DNA from: Yuukianura sp. NJ FZ-2021
Taxonomy: Eukaryota
Assembly (NCBI GenBank): GCA_046563655.1
Contig: CM102285.1
Location: 4,650,001-4,714,000, forward strand
DNA length: 64,000 bases
Direction: 5' to 3'
A model generated the notes under the pieces. That model had not been told where the DNA came from and made no database searches. It saw only the letters and a program-made list of their open reading frames with translations. The position numbers and the translations under genes were made by a program. Shown here piece after piece: positions 40,994-50,599 of this stretch (positions within the stretch are counted from its first letter, which is position 1; the number at the start of each line of letters is the position of its first letter).

Positions 40994-42998
40994 CCGTATT
41001 TTCCCTAATAGTACACCATACCTAAATAGTACACCAGGTCCCTAATAGTACACCACCCCCAGAAGTCGAAAAATTAATTAGTACACCGTCCCAAATAGTA
41101 CACCAGGTCTCTAATAGTACACCAGGGTCTTTGGGAATGTAGCATTAGGAGTATACCACCCGGAGCAGTTAGTTGAGCTAATATTATAGCTCTTCCTTTG
41201 TTGTGTTTGGCCCCACGTTACTTCTCTCCAAATTGTTTTACTTAAAATTCGTATTCTTACTTTAAAATGTCTCCCAACAAAAAAAGATCATTTGACCTGG
41301 AGTTCAAATTGAAAGTGGTGAAATTGGCCAAGGATAAATCAATTGCGGCAGCTGCTAAAGAATACAACATTGATCGACAGAGTATTCGGACATGGATTAG
41401 AAAGGAAAATGATTTAGGTGAGTAATTTATTGTGAATAAAATATTTTTTCCTAATTATTACATTCATACTGAAACAGTATTTTGTTTACAGTGTCAAACG
41501 TGAAATCATCCAAGATCAAACACAAAAGGTTGATCGGCGCTGGACGGAAACGATTGATACCTGAGTTGGATGATTCACTCTTTTACTGGATTATGGAACA
41601 ACGAAACAAATCGTTAAGAGTCTCACGGCGTTCGATTCAAGAGCAGGCGAAGAGGATTTTCCCAACATTGGATAACGGAAACAGAACGAAGTTCGTCGCA
41701 AGTTTGGGCTGGCTAGATCGTTTTCTCAAAAGACACTCATTATCATTAAGACGGAGGACTACAGTTGGACAAAAGGATCCGGATCAATTGTTTTCAAAAG
41801 TTGCTGATGTGGCTATATTTATAAGTAAAGTCGTACGCCAGCGTAAGATCGAACCGGCACAAATTATTGCAATGGACGAAACCAGTTTGTGGTTCGACAT
41901 GCTGAGCAACACAACAATTGCTCCGACTGGATCTAAAACTGTTCAACTAAAGTCGACTGGAAATGAGAAGGCACACGCTACGCTTGTTCTAGCGGCCAAA
42001 GGTGACGGAACAAAGCTGAAACCATTCATCGTTTTCAAACAGGGAATTCGAGAGGTAGCGAAGCTTCAATCTGAAACTGGGATCGTAATTCGTAGCAGTT
42101 CAAATGGTTGGATGAACGATGATCTGACCTGTGAGTGGTTGAAAACTGTGTACACACGATTTTCCTTCAAACATCGTTTGTTAGCTTGGGATTCTTACAA
42201 ATGTCACATCAGTCAATCTACTAAAAATGAACTCATTGGATACAACACCACAATGGCAGTCATTCCTGGGGGATGTACAAAGTATATTCAAGCTCCAGAT
42301 TTGTGCTGGAATAAACCCTTCAAGGCTCGTATTACCGAACTTTACGATTCTTGGCTAGCAGGAGATTCCGACAAGGAATATACAAAAGGAGGAGGGAATT
42401 TGAAGGTATTTCATAACTAATAATTTGTACGGTCGTATGTTTCTTTTAAATATAATTTGTATAAATTCTTAATTTTTAAGGCTCCATCCAAGAAATTGAT
42501 GACTCAATGGGTGAAGATTGCCTGGGATTCATTGTCACCTGAACTAATCAAAAACTCATTCAAGTCTTGCGCCCTTACTGTCGCTAGTGACGGATCTGAA
42601 GATCACAAGATCCACTGCATGAAGGAAGGCCAGCCATGTTTTCCAGCATTAGCAATTCTGCAAGCCAACAGACTGACTGAACAACTTCAAGAACTGCAGA
42701 TTTGTGAAGATCTTGAAGAAGACAACAACAACGAAGTGTTAATTGACTCAAGCGGAGAAGAAGAATACGAGCTGGACACTGTGGATACGGATTCTGAAAA
42801 CGAAGTGGAGTAGTTTTTAGTAATTTAGAAATTATTTTCTCCTGATTCCTAAACGTTTTAGCTAAGAATAAAATCCTCATTCTTAAAAAATTAATTAGTA
42901 CACCGTCTCTAATAATACACCAGGTCCCTAATAGTACACCACCCCCAGAAGTCGAAAACAAAATTAGTACACCAGGTGTACTATTTGGGAAAATACGG
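40994..42998 (+). mobile_element. Intact pogo-superfamily DNA transposon (DD35D, Passer/POGK-like) inserted in Gypsy ORF3
   Basis: TIRs CCGTATTTTCCC(T/A)AATAGTACACC; TA TSD at 40992-40993 and 42999-43000; multiple subterminal AATAGTACACC copies. Confidence 0.95.
41267..42813 (+). CDS. pogo transposase, 3 exons (41267-41417, 41492-42405, 42481-42813), 465 aa
   Basis: Brinker-like HTH (RSFDLEFKLKVV), CENP-B HTH (FVASLGWLDRFLKRH), catalytic MDET...AWDSY...QAPD with 35 residues between the second and third Asp; introns splice in frame. Confidence 0.92.
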
Positions 42999-44910
42999 TA
43001 CGAAGATTTCGGCGTCGATTCATATTGAGACGCCGGCGGCGGTGACGTCTTCTCGCTTCTGGTTCTGGCAGATCCCGGAATCGGCAGAACATCACGTCAG
43101 TATGCCGCTCGCTACCACAATGGGGACAGTTCCGGCGATTTCGCCGATCTCTTCGTTCGGCTGCAGCTACTTCTTCTTGGGGCTCCTCCTCCATCGCATC
43201 CATCACTTCTTGGGGCCCTTCCAGTGGAACTTGTGGTTCGTAAACCACATTCGCAATTTCTTCTTGTGGTAATCCTACCACCTCACGCAAATCATCTTCG
43301 GAAACGGTGACGATCAGCATCTCACCGTCATCACTGTCACTAAATTCCTGGACGTTGCACTCCACGTCCACTTCCGGCTCAGCAACTTCCTCCTCCAATG
43401 GTTCGTCAGAAACGTCTGACAGATCGGAAACATCCGACAAACCATCGATATCTACAAGCACTGGAGCACAAATATTTACATTGTGGGAAGTTGTTTTACC
43501 AACTTCCGCCTCCATTCTAGCAATATCCTCTCTGGTGACTGGCGTATCCCAGTCGAATGCAGACAAATCCAGAGTCACTTTTTGCACTGCAGCAGGAACA
43601 TTAGCACTTTTGGAAGTTGATTGAGCAACTTCCTGTTCCATTCTTTGTACATCTTCTTTAGTGATTGGTGTATCCCAATCAAACACCGATAAATCCAGAG
43701 TCACTTTTTGCACTGTAGAAGTTGTAGCACCAACTTCTGTGACTCCGCCCACCACTTTTGTAGACACAAAAACTTCAAGTAGCATCTCCAAATGACCAAG
43801 TGACAAAACATTTTTGCCAATCATTCTTTCAATGTCCAACCTATTTTTAGGCCCTTCCTTGACCAATTGAGCACAAGTAACATCAGCAATGACTTCTTTT
43901 GGTTGAACGTCCATCTCCCTGGCAACCATGTCTCTCCAGCCGACAACTTGCTCCATCACACTTACACTTAAAGTGGGCATGTCCACTTTAGCCAGAATCT
44001 CACGGGCACTTGGATTAGGCTTAAACTGGTACACTTTTAAGCACAGCTTATTACACAACTTGACAACCTCATTCCACTTAACACTTTCACTTTTGAAGTC
44101 ATGACGTTGCTTCATGACTTCAAACACACGTAATAACAAATGTGTGTCACTCCTGGCATACTGGATCATGTCTGGATGCATGTTCTGAATAGGACGAATC
44201 CTAAAATCAGCAAGTTGACAATCCTTGCTCACTGTCACACCAGGCAAGTAGTCACGAATCACTTTGTCCAGTCCACGTCCTTGAGTCCCTCCGAAGACAG
44301 AATCCACAATTTGAGTGTCGATTACACCCACGAAGAAGATTTGGTAGTGGAGCTGGAACATGAGTATGTCATTAACACTTCCATGCAGAATCTTGATGTA
44401 GTTGCCATTGGAGAAGATTTCCCTCAGCATTTGCATCTGGATTGGCACTACGAATGGATCAATGATGTAATCCGATTCCTTGGTCGAAATCTGCAAAGAA
44501 CAAACATAACGATCACGATAGCCTTTGTCATGACTAAACTCCATGTCCACACCGATAACTCGTTCGGCTCTCAACAAATCAAGCATAACCATGAACTTAG
44601 CCTCCGTATCAATAATACGAATAGGAACAGATGATCTCTGGTCAACAATTTTTTCCTTAGACGGCTCCATGACTGCATCCCACAACCGAAACACTTTCAC
44701 TAATGACGTGTGAGGATGATCTTTGTACGGGAATTCATCCCATGAATTACGTTGAGCCGCTTCAGATAAAAACATGTCCTTACGTTCCTGTGGACTCTTA
44801 TCCGCGGCACCATACTTTAGTTCGCACTCACGTCTCTTCTTCCAGTAATCTTGAGTTTTCTTTTTCTTTGCACTAACTGGCACCACATCACTAACGACGG
44901 ATGATGGCAT
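42964..44910 (-). CDS. Gypsy ORF3: Rrp6/EXOSC10-like DEDDy exoribonuclease + HRDC + acidic region + CCHC knuckle (native C-terminus displaced to 40991-40885 by pogo)
   Basis: ExoI VIGVDMEF, CSLQIST, DYIIDP, ExoII KILHGSVND, IDTQ, QLADFRIRP, ExoIII YARSDTH; HRDC WRDMVAREMD; CPHCGSERHTDVMFC; first ATG at 44910. Confidence 0.9.
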   Translation of the reverse strand: MPSSVVSDVVPVSAKKKKTQDYWKKRRECELKYGAADKSPQERKDMFLSEAAQRNSWDEFPYKDHPHTSLVKVFRLWDAVMEPSKEKIVDQRSSVPIRIIDTEAKFMVMLDLLRAERVIGVDMEFSHDKGYRDRYVCSLQISTKESDYIIDPFVVPIQMQMLREIFSNGNYIKILHGSVNDILMFQLHYQIFFVGVIDTQIVDSVFGGTQGRGLDKVIRDYLPGVTVSKDCQLADFRIRPIQNMHPDMIQYARSDTHLLLRVFEVMKQRHDFKSESVKWNEVVKLCNKLCLKVYQFKPNPSAREILAKVDMPTLSVSVMEQVVGWRDMVAREMDVQPKEVIADVTCAQLVKEGPKNRLDIERMIGKNVLSLGHLEMLLEVFVSTKVVGGVTEVGATTSTVQKVTLDLSVFDWDTPITKEDVQRMEQEVAQSTSKSANVPAAVQKVTLDLSAFDWDTPVTREDIARMEAEVGKTTSHNVNICAPVLVDIDGLSDVSDLSDVSDEPLEEEVAEPEVDVECNVQEFSDSDDGEMLIVTVSEDDLREVVGLPQEEIANVVYEPQVPLEGPQEVMDAMEEEPQEEVAAAERRDRRNRRNCPHCGSERHTDVMFCRFRDLPEPEARRRHRRRRLNMNRRRNLRTVFSQIVHLVY

Positions 44911-44970
44911 GATGGAAGTCAGGAAATGACTTCCAAAACACTGAAAAAGAACAACTGAACAGAGCACGTT

Positions 44971-47900
44971 TTAGTTTCTGTATCCAGCGAGCGTGCGATA
45001 GTTGAGCCGAACTTTTTTCCTCAAAGTTCTTCCTCCAGAGTTCGCTTCCTCCTCCGAGTCCGACCAATCCTCTGACTTAGTGGGAATTTTCGGAACCGCA
45101 AACTGCGACGTGCGAACAGTATAAGGCTTCAACTCCGACACATGACGCTTTCCAAAATTAGTTTTCTCCGGCAATGTCACAAGTTTGAAGGTCACTGGGG
45201 TTAACACTTCACTAATTTGGTATGGACCAATGTAACGAGGGTCTAATTTTTTTGCAATGCCTTTCTTCTTGTCTGACAACGAATGATTTTTAATAAGCAC
45301 TAAATCACCAACTTGAAAGTTCTCTTCTTGATGTTTAGAGTCATAATGCTTGATATTATGCTCATGTGCTTCTTCCATGTTCTTCCTCACGAACTGAATA
45401 ATTTCTTCTAATTGAGCAGGCAGAAGTCCTAACTTCCGGACTTCCCTGTCACCATCACTTTGTAAGTTCCTATCAAGGGGCAGCGGAATCTCACGACCTA
45501 AATTCAGTAACGCAGGAGTCACTTTAGTAGTCGAATGTACAGAAGTTCTAAGAGCCAACGCGAACTTCTGGAGATGCTGGTCCCATGATCTATGATTCTT
45601 GTCGACATAAGCCTGGAGCATAGGCTTAAGGTTCCGATTGACCCTTTCGACTGTGTTAGCTTGCGCATGGTACGGACTAACAGGAACATGGTTGATCTTC
45701 CAGTCCTTAGCCATTTTAATCATCACTTTGGAGAGAAATTGGCTTCCATTGTCCGACACAACTGTTTTTGGCGTACCATAACGACAAAAAATTTCATCCA
45801 CTAACACTTGCACAACTTTTTTCGATTTGGCTTTCCGCATCGGGAATAACTCCACCCACTTGGATAAATCGTCTTCCACGACGAACAAATACTCATTTTG
45901 ATTTGAAGATCTTGGCAGTGGTCCTAGAAAATCGATGTAGATTTTCTCAAACACTTTAGTTGGAGGCACCACTGCTTGAAGTAAACCAAAGGGCTTGTAG
46001 TTGCAAGACTTGACCGCTTGACAAACTGGACACGATTTTACATAATCACTGATGTCCTTATTCATGTTTCTCCAGAAAAATCTTCTCTTGATTTTTACTT
46101 TTGTGGCTTTGATGCCAAGATGCGCTGCTTCTGGCACATCATGTAGTAACTTCATTATTTCGGGTATCATGACCCTTGGTACCACTGGCACCTGAATGAG
46201 CTCACTTGTACGAGCTGAGGAACTGCTGAACTCTTTTTCGTCAACGTCCTCTAGAGTGATGTCGGAAGATTGAGGCCTCGTTTTCGCACACCGCCCCTCG
46301 ATAATGTCTCCGCAGAAACCATTATCGGAATAGAAGTCAAATCCCATGACTTCTCTGCCTAGTACGCCATTCTTTAGGACGTAACTTTTAACACTTTTAC
46401 CACTTTCGATGTCACTGATCACTTTCACTAAATCAGGATCTCTTCGTTGTTCGTCTTTCATCTTCTGGATCGTAGGAGTATCAAACGACAGTAACGCCAC
46501 GGCCGTTGGCGAGTTCATGTACGCCGGGGAGTCATCTTCAAAATCGAGATCCGCTTCATCGACAGGAACTGGAGCACGTGAAAGCGCGTCCGCCTCCACA
46601 TTATCCTTCCCGGAGCGATGCTTGATCTCGACACCCCATGACTTGATCTCCGTATCCCACAAAGCCAATTTTGCTTTCCGCTCCTTCATCTTGTTGAGGA
46701 ATGATAAGGCTTTGTTGTCAGTAATAATTGTGAACTTCTGACCTTCAATGTATTCTCTGAGCTTCCGGTAGGCCCAAATAATCGCGAACAACTCTTTTTC
46801 GTAAATGTGGTACCGAATTTCTGATTTTCGGAGTGTTTTACTAATAAACATCACTGGTCTCTCCACACCATTAATCACTTGAGTTAAGGCCGCACCTAAC
46901 CCATAATTCGACGCATCACACTTTAACAAAATCGGATGGTCGTAGTCAACTGCATGTAACATCACATCGTTGCACATTGACTCTTTTAGTGACTGGAACG
47001 ACTTCTCCTGTTCTTCTCCCCAAATCCATGGTTGATTTTTTCGTAGAAGTCGGTACAGTGGCTCTGCCTTTGCAGCAAAATGTTCAATAAACGGAGCATA
47101 CCACTGAGTCATTCCATGGAAACTTTGCACTTCTTTGACGTTCTTCGGAGTAGGAAAATCCACTATGGCACTCACTTTCTTAGGACACTTTTGTAGACCA
47201 TGTTCTGTCAAACGATGGCCCAACACATCAACCTCTCTCCTACAACACTGCAACTTTTGAGGACTAATGGTGAGTCCTGCCATCTTCAACCTACTCAGCA
47301 CTTTTTCTAAATGCACTAAATGTTCATCCAGAGTTTTACTGAACAAAATGATATCGTCCATGTAGCACTTTGCAAACTTGGAGAATCCTTGGATGACTTT
47401 CCGCATCAACTGCTGACACGTCTTTGGACTATTCTTTAATCCGAATGGCATCACTAAAAACTCGTAGTGGCCATCTTGAGTCACGAACGCTGACTTTTCT
47501 ACACTGTCCGGATGCAACTTGACTTGCCAATAACCTTTCGCAAGATCAATCACTGTGTACCAATAACCAGCAGGAATTGTGTGTAAAATGGAATGAGCAC
47601 TTTCCATTGGCGCAGCATTCGTCTTCGTTTGCTGATTCAGCAACGTATAGTCCACACAAAGTCTCTTACTGCCGTCTTTCTTTGGTACCACCACAACTGG
47701 AGCTGCATACGGTGACCTTGAAGGTCTGATTAGACCTTCCTTCAGCATTTCTTGAATTTGATCATTAATGATCTTTTGCATTTCTGGTGACCTTCTGTAA
47801 GGGTTCCTTGCCGGGGGACACCCTTCATCTTCTATGATATGATGAGTCAGGTCCGTCCTTCCCAACTTCCCATCACTCCGGACGACCGTTGGAAATTTCT

Positions 47901-48417
47901 CTAGGACACGCTGAACTCTCACTTTCACTTCACTATCTTGATTGTGACTTTCTGGTAAAGCCACTGAAAACAACGCAGTACCGGTTGTTTCTGTAGTGGA
48001 AGTCAATTTAAATTTCTGACTTCCATTGTCACCAAACCAAAACTCCTTACTTTTCAATCTAATTACAATGTCATTCTGAAAACAAAAATCAGAACCTAAC
48101 ACACACTTTACTGGCAAACCTTCCGCCACATAGAACTTTGACTTAAAAGTTCGACCACCAATTTTTATATACACAAAACAGAAGCCAATGAGACGCAGCT
48201 TCTGACTATTCATCATTGTTGTAGACTTATTTTTTAATGGAACTACAACTGATTTTAATTTTTCACATAACTGTACATCAATGAGTGACTGCGAACATCC
48301 CGTGTCGAAAATAGCCAAAAATTTCGAATCTTCATTCGCCACAGTCACAAAAGGAATTAAATCGTCCGAAACTTGAACTAAGGTAGGGTGAATGATGGAC
48401 GACTTCTCATTCACCAC
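44971..48417 (-). CDS. pol: Gypsy Pol polyprotein (protease, RT, RNase H, integrase), probably via -1 frameshift from gag
   Basis: FDTGC, RLCVDY, MPFGLKNSP, YMDD, CDASNYGLGA, integrase HHCC (H..AAHLG..CPVC), IDFLGP, SDNG, ERVN and GPY; no stops; -1 frame relative to gag with G-TTA-AAC just before the gag stop. Confidence 0.97.
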   Translation of the reverse strand: MVNEKSSIIHPTLVQVSDDLIPFVTVANEDSKFLAIFDTGCSQSLIDVQLCEKLKSVVVPLKNKSTTMMNSQKLRLIGFCFVYIKIGGRTFKSKFYVAEGLPVKCVLGSDFCFQNDIVIRLKSKEFWFGDNGSQKFKLTSTTETTGTALFSVALPESHNQDSEVKVRVQRVLEKFPTVVRSDGKLGRTDLTHHIIEDEGCPPARNPYRRSPEMQKIINDQIQEMLKEGLIRPSRSPYAAPVVVVPKKDGSKRLCVDYTLLNQQTKTNAAPMESAHSILHTIPAGYWYTVIDLAKGYWQVKLHPDSVEKSAFVTQDGHYEFLVMPFGLKNSPKTCQQLMRKVIQGFSKFAKCYMDDIILFSKTLDEHLVHLEKVLSRLKMAGLTISPQKLQCCRREVDVLGHRLTEHGLQKCPKKVSAIVDFPTPKNVKEVQSFHGMTQWYAPFIEHFAAKAEPLYRLLRKNQPWIWGEEQEKSFQSLKESMCNDVMLHAVDYDHPILLKCDASNYGLGAALTQVINGVERPVMFISKTLRKSEIRYHIYEKELFAIIWAYRKLREYIEGQKFTIITDNKALSFLNKMKERKAKLALWDTEIKSWGVEIKHRSGKDNVEADALSRAPVPVDEADLDFEDDSPAYMNSPTAVALLSFDTPTIQKMKDEQRRDPDLVKVISDIESGKSVKSYVLKNGVLGREVMGFDFYSDNGFCGDIIEGRCAKTRPQSSDITLEDVDEKEFSSSSARTSELIQVPVVPRVMIPEIMKLLHDVPEAAHLGIKATKVKIKRRFFWRNMNKDISDYVKSCPVCQAVKSCNYKPFGLLQAVVPPTKVFEKIYIDFLGPLPRSSNQNEYLFVVEDDLSKWVELFPMRKAKSKKVVQVLVDEIFCRYGTPKTVVSDNGSQFLSKVMIKMAKDWKINHVPVSPYHAQANTVERVNRNLKPMLQAYVDKNHRSWDQHLQKFALALRTSVHSTTKVTPALLNLGREIPLPLDRNLQSDGDREVRKLGLLPAQLEEIIQFVRKNMEEAHEHNIKHYDSKHQEENFQVGDLVLIKNHSLSDKKKGIAKKLDPRYIGPYQISEVLTPVTFKLVTLPEKTNFGKRHVSELKPYTVRTSQFAVPKIPTKSEDWSDSEEEANSGGRTLRKKVRLNYRTLAGYRN

Positions 48418-49943
48418 TGAGCGTTTAACTTCTCATTAGAAGTCGACGCTTCATGCTTTTCAGGTGGTTCCTTCTTCTTCTTTGGAACTGGAGGTCCTTG
48501 TTGAACCTCCTCTTGAAATGACCCCAAGGCCAAACCAACACCTGATGGACACTGAAACTTACGATGCCCATAACCATTACACTTGAAACACTGAACATCA
48601 CTTAAATCTTGCCTAGAGGTCTGACCTTGACCTCTGCCTTGACCACCACCTCGGTCGTTGTCATTAGAAGAACCACGATTACCACGGTAACCGCCCTTCC
48701 CACGTGCAGATGATTCACTTTGAGGCTGCACTGAATTCTTGTCATAATTTGATTTCGAACTTTGACCTTGTGGCTGATCATTAGTTGAAGTCGAGGAATG
48801 TCCACTGTTCGGACTTCCATTACTTCCATTAGACGGGGATTGATCACTGGAATAATTCTTGTAGCCATTTCCCTTGCCTTTCCAGTGTCCACGGAAGCCA
48901 TTATTCTTGGCTTCCTTCCCACGAAACCAATTATTCCCATTGGAAGTTCCAGCAGAACTTCCAGCATTTGAATTTGTGGAATTATCATCTTTCTTGACTG
49001 ACTCTGACGTTGAGTCGACCTTGACAATTGGAGGTAATCCGAATTTGTTTTTTGTGATTCTATCTTCTGCTGTCAAATTAGCATGTGCAATTCGACATGC
49101 ATCAAAAAGTGATTCCACTGTGTCGAACTGTTGAGTTCCTAGGGCTGTGCGAATCCTCGGATTCAAACCTAATTTAGCACGTAACACTGCATCAGCCACT
49201 GACTCATGTGGATAAATTAATCTGGAGCACCGAACCACATCATACAAATAAAATTCAACAGACTCGTTGAACTGTTGTCTTCTTGTGTGCAGAAGCCTCG
49301 TTCGTTCTGCCACGTCCATCCAATTATCATATCTGCTGATAAAAGCATCTTTGAATGCATCCCAGTCCGTCACTGTCACTAGGATGTGGTCGAGCCATGG
49401 TTGAGATTCTACAGGCAAGACCGTCTTCACAAGATAAAGAAACTGCCTTTGCTCATGTCCTTGAGCTGTGAAGTAACGCTCTACTTCACTAAGGTAGCCT
49501 GCCGCTGACATCTTCTTTGGATCAAAACTCGGCACAGGCAATTTAGATGATAATGATGTGAACTTGATACTCTTCAATGCTGTTATCAATGCTTGGGTCT
49601 GACCAACTGGATCTGCCTCCGCAGGGGCTGGAGTCACCGCAGCGACTCCACCGGTCACCCGCTGAACTAATCTCTGCTCCACGCCGCGCACGGCATGGGC
49701 CACGGCCTCGGCCACTAATCTGTCCACTTCCTCCTTGGTGTATGTTGCCATGGTTACTGATGAACCTGGAGCACTAACGATGATTTTTGGGGATGTACTT
49801 GGAGTCGGAATCTTAGAATCTTGACTTCGGAGAAACGGTCCTTCCGAATCTGATGTTGGACTATGCTCTGGTAGCTTAAATGTCACTGTAGGATCAATTT
49901 CCAATTTTTTCAATTCTTTACTTACTGGTTTTTTGTCTGACAT
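48411..49943 (-). CDS. gag: Gypsy Gag (capsid + CCHC nucleocapsid knuckle)
   Basis: WDAFKDAFISRY, RRQQFNESVEFY, RGG-rich region and CFKCNGYGHRKFQC. Confidence 0.93.
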   Translation of the reverse strand: MSDKKPVSKELKKLEIDPTVTFKLPEHSPTSDSEGPFLRSQDSKIPTPSTSPKIIVSAPGSSVTMATYTKEEVDRLVAEAVAHAVRGVEQRLVQRVTGGVAAVTPAPAEADPVGQTQALITALKSIKFTSLSSKLPVPSFDPKKMSAAGYLSEVERYFTAQGHEQRQFLYLVKTVLPVESQPWLDHILVTVTDWDAFKDAFISRYDNWMDVAERTRLLHTRRQQFNESVEFYLYDVVRCSRLIYPHESVADAVLRAKLGLNPRIRTALGTQQFDTVESLFDACRIAHANLTAEDRITKNKFGLPPIVKVDSTSESVKKDDNSTNSNAGSSAGTSNGNNWFRGKEAKNNGFRGHWKGKGNGYKNYSSDQSPSNGSNGSPNSGHSSTSTNDQPQGQSSKSNYDKNSVQPQSESSARGKGGYRGNRGSSNDNDRGGGQGRGQGQTSRQDLSDVQCFKCNGYGHRKFQCPSGVGLALGSFQEEVQQGPPVPKKKKEPPEKHEASTSNEKLNAQW

Positions 49944-50184
49944 GGAGTGGATCCAGTGGAAGTTGTTTCGGCAACTTCCTCCTTCTATGTACAGAATTTA
50001 CAGATGATCCACTTCTGAATTATGGCCAATTCCCTCTGACCAAGGGTAACGTCCACGCACGAACAATTACATGACGTCTTGATTCCACTTGACACAGAAT
50101 AAAAGTTTTTAAACACTCACCATGTGTTGTTACACCATTGTGACCTTTGACCTCAGCAGTAACACTCACAAAACGGTCGCCATG

Positions 50185-50599
50185 TGTAGCACCTCGTGCT
50201 ACGTAAACTGCCAAAGATGGCCTCAGACAAACGATCCGAGCACTGCCGGACTCATGCAACAAACTGAGGAACCAAAGAACACCAATGAGACAACACGAAA
50301 GGCAACACAAAGACACGAAGACAAATAAATATAAAATATATTTATTTGTACAAAAGATACAAAGTCTTCAGCTCATGCTGAGACAAACACCAAACACCGA
50401 CTGACTAGCACAACTAGTCTCAATACTCTCCTGACTCTCCTCTACCACGCTAACTCTCTCAAAACTCGCGCTAAGCGCTAAACCAAATCTCAACTAACGC
50501 TAAGACTAAACCATAGCCTAACTACACTAACCTAAGGCCACTCCCTAACCTCAAGGGGCAATTGACCCTAACCTAAAGGGGGAAAACCGGGGCACTTCA
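50185..50599 (-). repeat. Gypsy 5' LTR
   Basis: Direct repeat of 40460-40873; followed on the minus strand by CA-TGGCGACCGT (PBS). Confidence 0.95.

Larger units (their letters stand above)
40460..50599 (-). mobile_element. Full-length young Ty3/Gypsy LTR retrotransposon: gag, pol and an extra Rrp6-like ORF3
   Basis: 414/415-bp LTRs with TG...CA ends; 4-bp TSD GTTT; PBS TGGCGACCGT; PPT AGAAGGAGGAAGG; PR-RT-RH-IN domain order. Confidence 0.97.

Noticed and set aside
42964..44967. ORF3 as an env gene, or as the host EXOSC10 locus
   Set aside because: It has no convincing signal peptide from the first ATG, transmembrane anchor or fusion-protein features. It is intronless, lacks a recognisable PMC2NT domain and lies between the LTRs.
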